Positions 40,501 to 50,820 of a stretch of DNA of 64,000 nt are shown in pieces. The notes under the pieces are model-generated. The model did no database searches, was not told the DNA's origin, and worked only from the letters and a program-made list of their open reading frames with translations. Origin of the DNA: Polyangiales bacterium (GTDB taxonomy: Bacteria > Myxococcota_A > Polyangia > Polyangiales > JADJQN01); contig CAXNJO010000001.1 of assembly GCA_964202905.1 (NCBI GenBank), forward strand, positions 640,001 through 704,000. Direction: 5' to 3'. Positions within the stretch are counted from its first letter, which is position 1. Every line of letters starts with the position of its first letter. Position numbers and translations under genes: made by a program.

Positions 40501-41974
40501 CGACGCGCCGCGCGGCGGCGGGAAGATGTGCTCCACGTTTGACGACGACACGCGGCCGACGGGGCCCGCCCCCCGTTGGCTTCCGCCCGACTACCGCTTC
40601 TGCTCGGACGAGCGCGCAGCGGGTGGCAGCAGCCGCCCGGGCACGATCGGCTGGTGCAACCGCTTCGACGAGGGCGACAGCTATCGCGAGATCGTCCAGA
40701 ACACCGTCGAGAACTACGAGCGGATGTATCTGTTCACGAACTTCCGCCGTTACCGCAGCGGGTTCAACATCGGCGGCTACCTGTTCGACCAGCTCATCGG
40801 CCGCCGCTTCGTCATCCTCCAGAACATCTACCAGAACCTGATCTACCAGTACGTCTCGGACCCTGCATTCCGCGGTGAAACCGGGGAGTTCGGCTTCTAC
40901 GACGAGTTCATGGCGACGGCGGACATCCTCAACTTCTACGCGCGCGTGCTCGGCCAGCCGAACCTCGGCGGCTACCAGTACAACGCGCGCTGGAAGTGGT
41001 TCGAGCGCGCGTCGGTGGACTGCCAGCGCACCGGGACTCAGCTCGAGGTCTGCCTCGGCAAGGGCCGCTACGCCGACTCGGTCTACCAGGGTGGTCTCTC
41101 GGGCATTCAGCGCGTGGAGCGCATCGGCACCTTCTACGACAAGCTCTTCACCATGCAGCTCATGACGCTGCGCGGGCAGCAGCCGGGCTACACGCGGGAC
41201 GTGCCGTTCTATACGAACTTCTACGACCTGTTCCCGAACGAGATGCAGCAGATCTGGAACGGCATGATCCGCGACGCACCCGAGGAGTACATGCCGCACG
41301 TCGAGTGCAGCACGTTCCCGAACTGCGGCGACGCGCGCATCATCTACAACAACTTCTATCGTGGGGACTGCTCGTCGGCTGATCCGGCGACCTGCCGCCC
41401 TGATCCGGTCGAGGTCACGTATGCCGGCAAGCCGCTGGTCAACGGCGGTGGCAGCATCGTCTTGCAGGTCTACGCCGCGATCTATGGCCTGACCGAGTTC
41501 CCGGTGTTCTTCGACACCACCTTCCAGAATCAGCTGTTCGTGTGCATCGAGGGCCAGGGCGATTGCTATCGCCCGACCGCGACGGACGTCGAGGGCGAGG
41601 ACTACGTCCGCTACACCAGCCCGCGCTTCGGCAAGAGCTACCTCGCTTGGGAGGTGAGCCCGGGAACGGGCGCGGTCGAGCAGCGTTCGATCGGCTTCCA
41701 GATGGTCGAAGAAGCGCGCGACCTCGAGTTCATCGTGCGCATGCTCGACAAGTACAACGGCCGCTCGGGCGGGATCCCCCTCGACCGCGCCAATCTCACG
41801 GCCGACGAACTCGCGCGCCTCGCGGCGCTCGGCTACGTCCTGCCGACGGGGTCGGCGGAGACCAACCGCGAGATCGACCGCCTCGACGGACGCCTCCGCG
41901 ACCTCGAGTCCTTCTTCGGCCAGCTGATCCAGCTCGAGCGTGAGATCGGCATCTCCGCGTACCTGCGGTTCTGA
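37565..41974 (+). CDS. Giant zinc-dependent metalloprotease (metzincin) lipoprotein, paralog 1
   Basis: Lipobox VSGC; HEMGHCMGLRH zinc motif; SSIMDY Met-turn; many Cys pairs; GGAGG RBS before ATG 37565. Confidence 0.88.
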   Translation: MKRYSRWSPVVGMFSGLLVLGSLLGAGAAVSGCAEEDPINRVQTMAVDKGLFTGSWYMTQTVVDVDYEVAAAGTFPGDSASDFGGSFSGVPRIRWVIDENFLYAYRDYEMIIGGDGEPREPGSFLGQPVAAYRISSHFDIKRQYNTTTGEELNVIEENTADRRWYERDFMRVDWSMNMLPGYYGTTQNLYEILGLYKREPVPLTVQQQSDFPDSWRPRFDRMQCANESDANCKPYERDLATDYKQGELYHMSFVNQELLSPGNVTDPFSGQPVNFCLSPYNDAPGCTATAAYVRTSFLKVSDTRQYEATNWNDNRWSRAGYFRLESPTWDRSTGSPDDPAWFGTDFLNYAINRHNIWKQWWTEDASGNRTPVPYANRDVRQIVWYTTPELPAHLVKPSFDLIGQWNEILMETVRAMRGNQLPVYNRRDCQTTDPDGECFCQVDPVDGTTILNPTCEGRYDPFQTPGENQARIASGTAYDCHVVVPAGAEPDMTNPDVARTLSDRSFYGWYGAQMVGSECVNTLRMNTCDRAKIDANGGTVDGLECEERGDARFKFLSYVDQPGTPFLGIATLRGDPVTGETRFGDANIGGPALDGFRTYALQTYDLLNGNYTDQEFFTGEDVRGYFDALNQVQLPAPPRIDFNVGLRNLDGTDSLPAAAQGVRERMDFIMANRADRLAGPEGRANTFTDRIANLRNTETERRLTANWDTMALAGIRQVPAGYGTGNIPEGVLDRASPFRMNAPEMLARFDALETKVARASMHMPNEYVDNSVAYFVQKHLTWPRARLEFELNRLLYRQTQVHEMGHCMGLRHDFGGSADTKNYANDYYVIDEAYPLPDPRDAAFERDGVPGFSAAEQLAYEDAYKQARERRELAGIDGWANSSIMDYTANWYQRVQPSGRYDHHAVRMGYGDVVELGDNSDGELAENANPVNTPRTFFRWYQGGETCTVDTDCPYAVGGPRAGELLESNTVNSITQRCVDAPRGGGKMCSTFDDDTRPTGPAPRWLPPDYRFCSDERAAGGSSRPGTIGWCNRFDEGDSYREIVQNTVENYERMYLFTNFRRYRSGFNIGGYLFDQLIGRRFVILQNIYQNLIYQYVSDPAFRGETGEFGFYDEFMATADILNFYARVLGQPNLGGYQYNARWKWFERASVDCQRTGTQLEVCLGKGRYADSVYQGGLSGIQRVERIGTFYDKLFTMQLMTLRGQQPGYTRDVPFYTNFYDLFPNEMQQIWNGMIRDAPEEYMPHVECSTFPNCGDARIIYNNFYRGDCSSADPATCRPDPVEVTYAGKPLVNGGGSIVLQVYAAIYGLTEFPVFFDTTFQNQLFVCIEGQGDCYRPTATDVEGEDYVRYTSPRFGKSYLAWEVSPGTGAVEQRSIGFQMVEEARDLEFIVRMLDKYNGRSGGIPLDRANLTADELARLAALGYVLPTGSAETNREIDRLDGRLRDLESFFGQLIQLEREIGISAYLRF

Positions 41975-41985
41975 GGAGCACGGAC

Positions 41986-44900
41986 ATGACGAGCAAGGAA
42001 AGCAAGACCATGCGCTACGGAACCCACGCGGTCGGCCGCACCGTCAAGTCGGTCGCTCTCTTCGCCGCGCTCGCGGTCAGCCTGTTCGGTTGCGCTGAAG
42101 CGCAACCAACGGTCAACCGCGTGCAGACGAACGTCCTCGACAAATCCGTCCTCGACGGCGAGTGGTGGTACGCCACCACCATCATCGATGTCGACGCAGA
42201 CGAGGCCGTCATCCTCGGCGCCGGTGGCCTCGCGCCATTTGACGGCTCGATGTCGATGGTCGACTTTGGCGTCGATACGGGCAATTCGTTCAACATCGCC
42301 CGCATCCGCTGGGTGCTCGATGAGAACTTCCTCTACGCCTACCGCTCGTACGAGTTGATCGACGGCGGGAACGACAACGGCCGGAGCCCAGATTTCCGCG
42401 GGCAGCCGCTCGCCGCGTTCTCGGTTCAAGGCCACCTCGACGTCCGGCGCGACTACAATCCGGTCCACCGGCGAAGAGACCAACGTCATCGTGGAGAACG
42501 CCTCCGATCGACGCTGGTACGAGCGTGAGTTCGTGCGCGTCGACTGGTCACAAAACCTGATCAGCCCCTTCTACGCGAACTACGGCCCTGAGATCGCGGA
42601 GCTCTACAACATCCTCCAGCCCGAGCCGGTCCCCTTCGACTTCCAGACGGGCGCGCACGGCGAGATGTGCGGCGACGCGCCGTGCTTCCCGAAGAGCTAC
42701 GAGCCCCAGTTCGTCCGCGTGAAGGACGACAGCGGCTACCGCTTCGCAGACGAGTGGCCGGCTGCGTCGAGTGACACGATTCACTACATGTCGTTCGTCA
42801 ACCAGGAAGTCTGGTCACCGGGCGCAAATTGCCTCTTTTTCGGCGGCATCTGTTCGTCGGCAGCGGTGACGGTGCGCGCGTCGTTCCTTCGTGTGCCGCC
42901 CAACCATGAGTACGCCGCGGACGTGCAGACGCACGATGAGTTCGACCGCTTCGGGCTCTTCCGCTCGTATCAGCGCACGTACGTCCGCGGCGGCCAAGAC
43001 CGCAGCGTCGTGGCCGACCACTGCACGGAAGACGCAGACTGCGGCGCGGGCGGTTTCTGCGGCGCGTCGCACGTCTGTGAGGGCGGCCTGTCGCGGGACT
43101 ACGGCGAGACGGACTTCCTGACCTTCTACCGCCCACGGCACAACTTCTACTCGAACTCGCTCACGGAGGTCACGTGTCGCGCCGACTGGGAGTGTGACAA
43201 CCGCTACGGCGATGCTCCGGCCGGCGCACCTGGCGTCGGTTCGCAATGTGATCGCGCGTCGCGCCGCTGCTCCACGCCCGTCGCTGCGCGCGGTCTGCGT
43301 CCGGTGACCTACCATCTGAGCCCGGGTTTCCCGCGGCACCTGGCGCGCACCGCGTTTCAGATTCTCGGCGATTGGAACGAAGCCTTCATGCGCGGCCAGC
43401 GCGGCGCGACGGGCGTGCCGGGGATGGATGGCGCGGCGGTCCGCATCGACGCCCAGACCACCGACCCCACGCAGTACTGCTGGCAGAGCCCGGACGGCAC
43501 CCTCAAGGCGCCGGAGCTCGATTCTGACGGGAAGTGCGACTACAAGTACGACCCGTTCCAGACCCCTGCGGCGGCGACCGCAGCGGGCGTCGTCAACGCA
43601 TACGACTGCCACATCACGGGTCCTGCGGACGTTGCCCACCCGACCTCGTACGAGGACTACGGCGCGGACGCCTTCTCGTACTCGTTCTCCGGCAGCGAAT
43701 GCATGTTCTTCCTCAAGGCGAACTCGTGCGACATCACGCCGGGCGCGCCGTGTGAGGACCTCGGCGATATCCGCTACCAGTTCTTCAACTACATCCAGCA
43801 CGGCGCGGTCGGCTTCGGGGGCGTCTCGCTGCCGATGATGGACCCGCGTACGGGCGAGCTCATCACCTCGAACGCGAACATGGCGGGCGAATCGATCGAG
43901 TCGATCGCCACGACCGCTGCGCACTTCTTCCCGGTGCTTCGCGGTGAGACGCCGGAGGATGCGTACTTCTCGGGCGAGTATGTCCGCGGCTTCTACAGCC
44001 GCCTTGGCCAGACGGAAGTGCCCGCCGCGATCGCCAACTCGGGCACCGATGGCTACTCGAACCCGGACGGGACCCGTCCGGCCATCCCGCTCGACCTGCA
44101 CGACGCGATCGTCGATCGCTTCGCGCAGCTCTCGCCGCGGCTCGAGCAGCTTCGCGGGACCGAAGGGCGCGCGCTCATCCGGTCGGACCGGATGCGGGCG
44201 CTGGCGGGGACCGACATCGAGCGCCGCTTTGCAGCCGCGATGGGCCTCGAGGCGGTGAACGCGCGCGTCGGCATGGAGAACCTCGACGCATCCCTCTCGG
44301 GCCAGTCGGCAGACACCATCGCGACGCAGCCTTCCATCCTCGCGCGCACGTCGCCGTTCCGTGGCAATCCGCTCGGCATGGCTGACCGCGATCGTCTCCG
44401 CGCGGAGTTCGAGTCGCGTCGCAACATCGACCCGCGGGCCGATGAGCGCGCAGCGCTCTACAACGCGACGAATTGGCAGTACTGGGCGAACGCCTTCGCG
44501 AAGGTCGCCGACGCGGCGACGCGCAACAAGGAGGCTTCGGTGCGCATGCAGCAGGCCTTCCTGCGCGGCGTCATGTACCACGAGATGGGCCACTCGGTCG
44601 GTCTGCGGCACAACTTCGCAGGCACGTTCGACCGCAACAACTACTACGACGGCTACTACAACATCGCCCGCGAGATCCCCCTGCCGTTCTACGGCGACTA
44701 CGACCTCGCCGAGCTTGGTGGTAACCGCGACGGTGAGCTCAACGGGCAGGAGCTCAACAACTATCAGCGCGACCTTCGGACTGCGCGGCAGGAGCGTGGC
44801 GCGCGCGGCATCGGCAACACGATGTCGGGTTCCATCATGGACTACCATGGCGACCTCTCGGACCTTTCGGGGATCGGGCGCTACGACATCGCCGCGACGA

Positions 44901-46522
44901 TGTGGAGCTACTTCAACGTCGTCGAGGCGTACACCGAGGACCCGGAGCTCGAGAGCCCCGAGCGCAACCTCGACGGGCTCGTCGAGGCCGACCGTGCGGG
45001 ACGGACGCTGCTTCCGACCTACCGCGGCGGCGACAGCTGTGACGTCGACACCGACTGTCCGTACTCCCCCGGTCGCCTCTCGACCGCCGCGCCCTTCGCG
45101 CAGAAGTGCATCAAGAACCCGCGATACGCGCCCGTCCCCGAGCGCTGCGAGGGTGACCGGAACTGCCTGTGCTCCACGTTCGACGAGGATTTCAAGGACT
45201 ACGTCGTCTCCGGCACGCCGGCGCTCTACCCGGTGAAGTACCTCTTCTGCACCGACGACCGCACCAACGACATCTCGTGGTGCAACCGCTTTGACGCCGG
45301 CGAGTCTTTCCAGGAGTCGGTCGACAACTACCGCCGCACCTGGGAGGAGTCCTACCCCCGCGCTTACTACCGCAATTACCGCGCGGGCGGTGCCCGCGGT
45401 CGTGCGACATACGGCGCCATCCAGGACGCGGCGAAGATCTACCAGCACCTGTTCTTCCGCTACTTCTTCGAGCCGGAGTTCCGCTCGCAGAGCGGCCCGC
45501 TCGGGCTCGACGACCAGTACACCGCGTCGATCGACACGATGAACTGGCTCGCGGAGATCATCTCGCTGCCCGACGTCGGCGCCTACGAGCTCGACACGGC
45601 CGCGAACATTTACCGGCGCGTCAGCGAGAACCCGGACGCGCCGGGAGCCGATTTCGGCCTGCGCCCCGGCACCGGTTACCACATGTGGTCGGCCTACCAG
45701 ACTGGTCAGAACGGCTTCTTCCGCATGGAGCGGGCGGGCACGTTCAACGACAAGCTCTTCGCGATGTACGCCCTCGCGCTGCGTGACTGGAACCTCTCCT
45801 TCACGGTGGACGAGCGCTACTTCATCAACTTCTATGACCTGTTCCCGCTCGAGATGACTGAGTTCTTCGGCGCGTACATCCAGGACGACACCCGCGGTTA
45901 TGCGCCGCGTGTCCGGATGTCTTCGGCGGGTCCGGTCGTCCAGCACCTGAACTGGTGGCGTGGCAATTCGAACTGCGGGCCCTCGGGCGTCGAGCCATGC
46001 CGTGGCACGATCGACACCGTCTATCCGGAGCCGGCGCTTGATGGCACGAGCACGGAGCTTCTGCGCGACTGGGCGGCGATCCTCTCGCTCGCGCAGTTCC
46101 CGGTGTTCTACGACACGTCCTTCGAGCAGCGGCTCATGGTCTACAAGATCGGTTCGGGCGACGGCGCGGACATCCCCGCCACGCGCCCGGACGGAACCCC
46201 GACCTGTGGGTTCGGTGAGCCCGGTTGCACGCAGCCGGACTACATCGAGTACGAGTCGGATCGTCTCCACACCACGTACGTCGCGGTCGTCATCCGGCCC
46301 CGCTACGACTACAACCTGCCCGAGGAGGAGCTCGGACTCCGCCTGCTCGCCCGCATCCGCGGTCTGCAGGACGAGGCGCGCGCCCTCGAGGCGCTCCCGT
46401 CGCCGACCGCGGCGGAGCTCGCGCGGTCGCGTGCGCTGCGCACCCAGCTGGCGCAGGAGGACTCGTTCCTCGAGTACCTGATCGACGTTCAGCGCTCGTA
46501 CGGCATCAGCTCGTACCTCTGA
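41986..46522 (+). CDS. Giant zinc-dependent metalloprotease (metzincin) lipoprotein, paralog 2; apparent +1 indel near 42465
   Basis: Lipobox LFGC; HEMGHSVGLRH; GSIMDY. Removing one C at CCGGTCCACCGGC restores YNPVTGEETNV, matching YNTTTGEELNV in paralog 1. Confidence 0.86.
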
Positions 46523-46559
46523 GCGACGCGCGGCCGTTCGGCCGCTGCCCACCCCCGCA

Positions 46560-46598
46560 CGCCCCCGGCGCCTTTCGGCTCCGGGGGCGTCGGCTTTT
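46560..46598 (+). terminator. Probable terminator after the metalloprotease operon
   Basis: CGCCCCCGG...CCGGGGGCG stem-loop followed by a short T run. Confidence 0.55.
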
Positions 46599-46955
46599 GG
46601 GGGCCTCGAGGTGGGCGGTGCCCCTGATGGGAGCGGGATGTCGGGGGTTGGCGGCGAGGGCTGGGGGGAGCGTCGCTGTCGGGATTCGCGGGTTGGAAGG
46701 TGGCAGGGCGTTTGCGGGTAGAGTGGACTCTGAGACACGCCTCCCGGCCTGTCGCTGAGCGCGCTTTACCGCTCCACTCGCCCTGTCGCGGACTTTACAA
46801 AGGCCAATTGACGCAGCGCGGTGCGACTTGACGCGTTGACAGCTGTAAAGATGGATGGCCGTGCGCGGGTGTCGGTGGTAACTTCGCCGCCGTTCGGCGC
46901 GGCGGCGCGCCGTTGGAACGCACGCCTTCGGAGCGTGCCGCCAGAGGAGGCTGCT

Positions 46956-48032
46956 GTGGCCATGCTCACCCGCGACGACGCCGGTTCCACCGACCTGCTG
47001 CGGCTGTACCGGCAGATGTTCTTGATCCGTCGCTTCGAGGAGGAGGCGGCGCGCTCCTACGCGCAGGGGAAGATCGGCGGCTTCCTCCACCTCTACATCG
47101 GGCAGGAGGCGGTGGCCGTCGGGGTGAACGCCCTGATGGAGCCGGATGATTACTTCGTCACGACGTACCGCGATCACGGCGTCGCGCTCGCACGGGGCAT
47201 GACGGCGCGGGCCTGCATGGCCGAGCTCTACGGCAAGGTCACGGGCTGCTCGAAGGGCATGGGCGGCTCGATGCACATGTTCGATCGCGAGCACAATTTT
47301 CTCGGCGGGCACGGCATCGTCGGGGCGCATGTCGCGCTCGCGGCGGGGGCGGCGTGGGCGAGCAAGTACCGGGGTGACGGGCGGGTGACGCTCTGCTTCT
47401 TCGGCGATGGCGCGACGAACATCGGCGGCTTCCACGAGGGCGTGTCGCTCGCGGCGCTTTGGAAGCTGCCGATCGTGTTCGTCTGTGAGAACAACGAGTA
47501 TTCGATGGGCACGCCGGCCGAGCGCACGCTGCCGCAGCGTGACGTCTCGAAGAAGGGCGCGGCCTACGACATCCCGGGGCTGCGCTTCCGTGGGCAGGAT
47601 GTCGTCGAGGTGATGGAGCGGATGCGCGAGCCGATCGCGCGCGCCCGCCGCGGAGAGGGCCCGACGATGGTCGAGGTGCAGACGTACCGCTATCGCGGGC
47701 ACTCGATGAGCGACCCGGGGAAGTACCGCACCGCGGAGGAGGTCGAGGAGCGCAAGAAGGCGGACCCGGTCCGACTGGGGCGCATCCATGTGCTCGGGGC
47801 GGGCGCGACGGAAGAGGCGCTCGCCGCGCTCGATGCGTCGGTCGAGGCGGAGGTCGCCGATGCGTTGACGTTCGCGGACGAGAGCGCGCAGCCCGACGAG
47901 GCGCTGCTGCATTCGCTCGTGCTGGCGCCGAATGGAGACGGCGATCATCCACCGCCGCTTGGCTCCTATCCCGCCGAGCAACATGCGGGCGCCGCGGTCG
48001 ACGCCGACAAGGTGGCGGTGCGCCATGCGTGA
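46956..48032 (+). CDS. pdhA: Pyruvate dehydrogenase E1 alpha
   Basis: GFLHLYIGQEA, GGSMH, FFGDGA (TPP), TYRYRGHSMSDP; GAGGAGG RBS. Confidence 0.95.
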   Translation: MAMLTRDDAGSTDLLRLYRQMFLIRRFEEEAARSYAQGKIGGFLHLYIGQEAVAVGVNALMEPDDYFVTTYRDHGVALARGMTARACMAELYGKVTGCSKGMGGSMHMFDREHNFLGGHGIVGAHVALAAGAAWASKYRGDGRVTLCFFGDGATNIGGFHEGVSLAALWKLPIVFVCENNEYSMGTPAERTLPQRDVSKKGAAYDIPGLRFRGQDVVEVMERMREPIARARRGEGPTMVEVQTYRYRGHSMSDPGKYRTAEEVEERKKADPVRLGRIHVLGAGATEEALAALDASVEAEVADALTFADESAQPDEALLHSLVLAPNGDGDHPPPLGSYPAEQHAGAAVDADKVAVRHA

Positions 48033-49011
48033 GATTCGCTATCGCGAGGCCGTGCGTGAGGCGCTCGCCGAAGAGCTCGCGCGGGATCCGCGCGTGTTCG
48101 TCATGGGCGAGGAGGTCGGGTACTACAACGGCGCGTACAAGGTTACCGAGGGGCTGCTCGCGCGCTTCGGTCCGCAACGCGTCGTCGACACGCCGATCGC
48201 GGAGGCCGGCTTTGCGGGGATCGGCGTGGGCGCGGCGATGGTGGGGCTGCGGCCCGTCATCGAGTTCATGACGTGGAACTTCAGCGCTGTCGCGTTCGAC
48301 CAGATCCTCAACAACGCGGCGAAGCTCTATCAGATGAGCGGCGGACAGTACAAAGTGCCCGTCGTCTTCCGCGGTCCGAACGGCGCGGCGCGACAGGTCG
48401 CAGCGCAGCACTCGCACAGCATGGACCCGTTCTACGTGAACATCCCCGGCCTCTACGTGGTCGCGCCGGGGACGCCGCGTGACGCGAAAGGCCTGCTGAA
48501 AACCGCGATCCGGGACGACAGTCCCGTCGTCTTCCTCGAGGGCGAGACGCTCTACGGCGTCAAGGGCGAGGTGCCCGAGGTGGATGCCGACGAGTGCATC
48601 CCGCTCGGCAAGGCGCGTGTCGCGCGCGAGGGGACGGATGTGACGATCGTCGCGTGGGGGCGGCCGCTGCACACCGCGCTCGACGCGGCGCGGGTCCTCG
48701 AGGAGTCGGGCGTCTCGTGCGAGGTCGTCGACCCGCGCACGTTGAGGCCGCTCGATCACGAGACGATCGTCGCGAGCGTGAAGAAGACCAACCGTTGCGT
48801 CGTGGTGCACGAGCACTGGGAGCATGGCGGGACGGGCGCACAGATCGTGGACGTCGTGCAGCGCGAGGCGTTCGACTGGCTCGATGCCCCCGTGCTGCGC
48901 GTGCACAACCAGGATGTGCCGATGCCCTACGCGGTGAACCTCGAGAACGTGGTGCTGCCGACGGTCGAGCGCGTGGTCGCGGCCGTCGAGCGCGTCACCT
49001 ACAAGCGCTGA
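48025..49011 (+). CDS. pdhB: Pyruvate dehydrogenase E1 beta
   Basis: MGEEV, DTPIAE, EFMTWNF, AQHS, DVPMPYA. Confidence 0.95.
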   Translation: MREIRYREAVREALAEELARDPRVFVMGEEVGYYNGAYKVTEGLLARFGPQRVVDTPIAEAGFAGIGVGAAMVGLRPVIEFMTWNFSAVAFDQILNNAAKLYQMSGGQYKVPVVFRGPNGAARQVAAQHSHSMDPFYVNIPGLYVVAPGTPRDAKGLLKTAIRDDSPVVFLEGETLYGVKGEVPEVDADECIPLGKARVAREGTDVTIVAWGRPLHTALDAARVLEESGVSCEVVDPRTLRPLDHETIVASVKKTNRCVVVHEHWEHGGTGAQIVDVVQREAFDWLDAPVLRVHNQDVPMPYAVNLENVVLPTVERVVAAVERVTYKR

Positions 49012-49022
49012 GGAGAGCGAGC

Positions 49023-50339
49023 ATGGCGAAGATCATCGGGCTCCCGAAGCTCTCTCCGACGATGGACGAGGGCGTGCTCGCCCGCTGGGCGAAGAAGGTC
49101 GGCGACGACGTCGCGGTCGACGACATCCTCGCGGAGGTCGAGACGGACAAGGCGACGATGGAGTTCCGCTCCTTCGATCGTGGTGTCGTGCTTGCGCTGC
49201 TCGCGGCGGAGGGTGAGTCGCTGAAGCCGGACGCGCCGGTGTTGGTGATCGGCCAGCGCGGGGAGGACGTGAGCGCGCTGGTCGCGAAGGCGAAGGGCGG
49301 GGCCGTGGCTGCGGCCCCGGTCGCGCCGGCCGCAGACTCCTCCGCGGTGGCGTCTGCCGCGGTGTCGTCGGGCGTCGCGGCGTCGGCCGCGTTGTCAGCG
49401 GCCGCGGCGCCGGCCATCGCCACGCCTGCGGACGAGGCCCCGGCTAGCGGTCGGGTGATGGCGTCGCCCGTCGTGCGGAAGCTCGCCCGCGAACACGAGC
49501 TCGACCTGCGCGCCGTGCGCGGGAGCGGCCCGCATGGGCGAATCGTGAAGCGCGACGTGGATGTGCTGGTGTCCGCGGGGGGCGCCTCGGTGGGCGGCAC
49601 GTCGGTCGCGCCGCCGCAGGGATTTGCCGCGATATCCGGTGGCGTGCGCCCTGCGCCGCGCATCGAGAAGCTCTCGCAGATGCGCAAGACGATCGCGCGT
49701 CGGCTCACGGAGTCGAAGCAGACCGTCCCGCACTTCTATTTGACGATCGACCTCGACGCGGAGCCGCTGCTCGCCGCGCGCGCGCAGCTGGTCCTCGCGC
49801 TCGAGAAACAGAAGGAGAAGGTCAGCGTCAACGACCTGCTCATCAAGGCGTGCGCGACGGCGTTGCGGCTCGTGCCCGAGTGCAACGCGAGCTTCATGGG
49901 CGACGCGATCCACTATCACCAGCGCGTCGACGTCTCGGTCGCCGTCGCGGTCGCCGAGGGTCTGGTGACGCCCGTGGTGCGCGATGCGGACCGCAAGGGC
50001 GTGCTCGAGATCGCGCGCGAGGTGCGCGAGCTCGCGGCGCGGGCGCGGGACAAGAAGCTGCGTCCCGAGGAGATGATGGACGGCACCTTCAGCCTCTCGA
50101 ACCTCGGCATGTACGACATCGAGAGCTTCGGTGCGGTCATCAACCCGCCCGAGGGCGCGATCCTCGCGGTCGGTGCCGTGCGGGACGAGGCCATCGTCCG
50201 TGATGGTGTGGTCGTCCCGGGCAAGCGCATGCGCGTGACGCTCTCGTGCGACCACCGCGTGGTCGATGGCGCGGTCGGCGCGCGCTGGCTGCAGGCGCTC
50301 CGCGGCGTCGTCGAGCGACCCGTGACGATGTTGCTCTGA
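49023..50339 (+). CDS. pdhC: Dihydrolipoamide acetyltransferase E2
   Basis: Lipoyl motif EVETDKA, E3-binding GSGPHGRI, catalytic DHRVVDG. Confidence 0.95.
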   Translation: MAKIIGLPKLSPTMDEGVLARWAKKVGDDVAVDDILAEVETDKATMEFRSFDRGVVLALLAAEGESLKPDAPVLVIGQRGEDVSALVAKAKGGAVAAAPVAPAADSSAVASAAVSSGVAASAALSAAAAPAIATPADEAPASGRVMASPVVRKLAREHELDLRAVRGSGPHGRIVKRDVDVLVSAGGASVGGTSVAPPQGFAAISGGVRPAPRIEKLSQMRKTIARRLTESKQTVPHFYLTIDLDAEPLLAARAQLVLALEKQKEKVSVNDLLIKACATALRLVPECNASFMGDAIHYHQRVDVSVAVAVAEGLVTPVVRDADRKGVLEIAREVRELAARARDKKLRPEEMMDGTFSLSNLGMYDIESFGAVINPPEGAILAVGAVRDEAIVRDGVVVPGKRMRVTLSCDHRVVDGAVGARWLQALRGVVERPVTMLL

Positions 50340-50396
50340 GGCGTTTCGCGCCTGCCGTGCGGGGCGGGCGCCGTGCGTGGGTCGCAGCGCGGCGCC

Positions 50397-50783
50397 TCAG
50401 GGCGCGGGGCGCGGGGGGAGCGCGAGGCCCTCGAGGGGCGGGCGCAGGCGCTCGTGGCGGCGGGCGCGGAGCGTCTCGATCACGGCGCGGAGGGTCGGGT
50501 CGTCGGCGCGCCGGGCGTCGAGGCGGGTGCCCTTCTGCGCGTTGCAGCGCGTGCAGGCGATCGCGAGGTTCTCGAGATCGTCGGTGCCGCCGTGCGTGCG
50601 GGGGACGATGTGCTCGAGGCTCGCGCCGCCGAGCGGTTTGCCGCGCCGCGACACGCTGACGCGCGTGCGGCAGTGGATGCACTTGCCGGTGAGCGCGGGT
50701 TCGCCGCCGAGCAGCGTCGGCTCGAAGGTGGCGTCGGTGGCGGCGCACCAGAGCAGGAGCTGGTGCGTCGAGAGTGGCCTCAT
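50397..50783 (-). CDS. Small HNH endonuclease
   Basis: CIHC...SLEHIVPRTHGGTDDLENLAIACTRCNAQKG. Confidence 0.88.
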   Translation of the reverse strand: MRPLSTHQLLLWCAATDATFEPTLLGGEPALTGKCIHCRTRVSVSRRGKPLGGASLEHIVPRTHGGTDDLENLAIACTRCNAQKGTRLDARRADDPTLRAVIETLRARRHERLRPPLEGLALPPRPAP

Positions 50784-50820
50784 GGCGCGGGCCCCTCGAC
50801 ACCGTCGAGGGGGGTAGCCC

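Noticed and set aside
41986..42528. Separate 180-aa lipoprotein gene
   Set aside because: Colinear with the N-terminus of paralog 1; deleting one base joins it to 42491-46522.
36159..46522. Horizontally acquired island, suggested by lower GC
   Set aside because: No integrase, tRNA or boundary repeats; third positions remain mostly G/C, so amino-acid composition and expression bias explain the shift.
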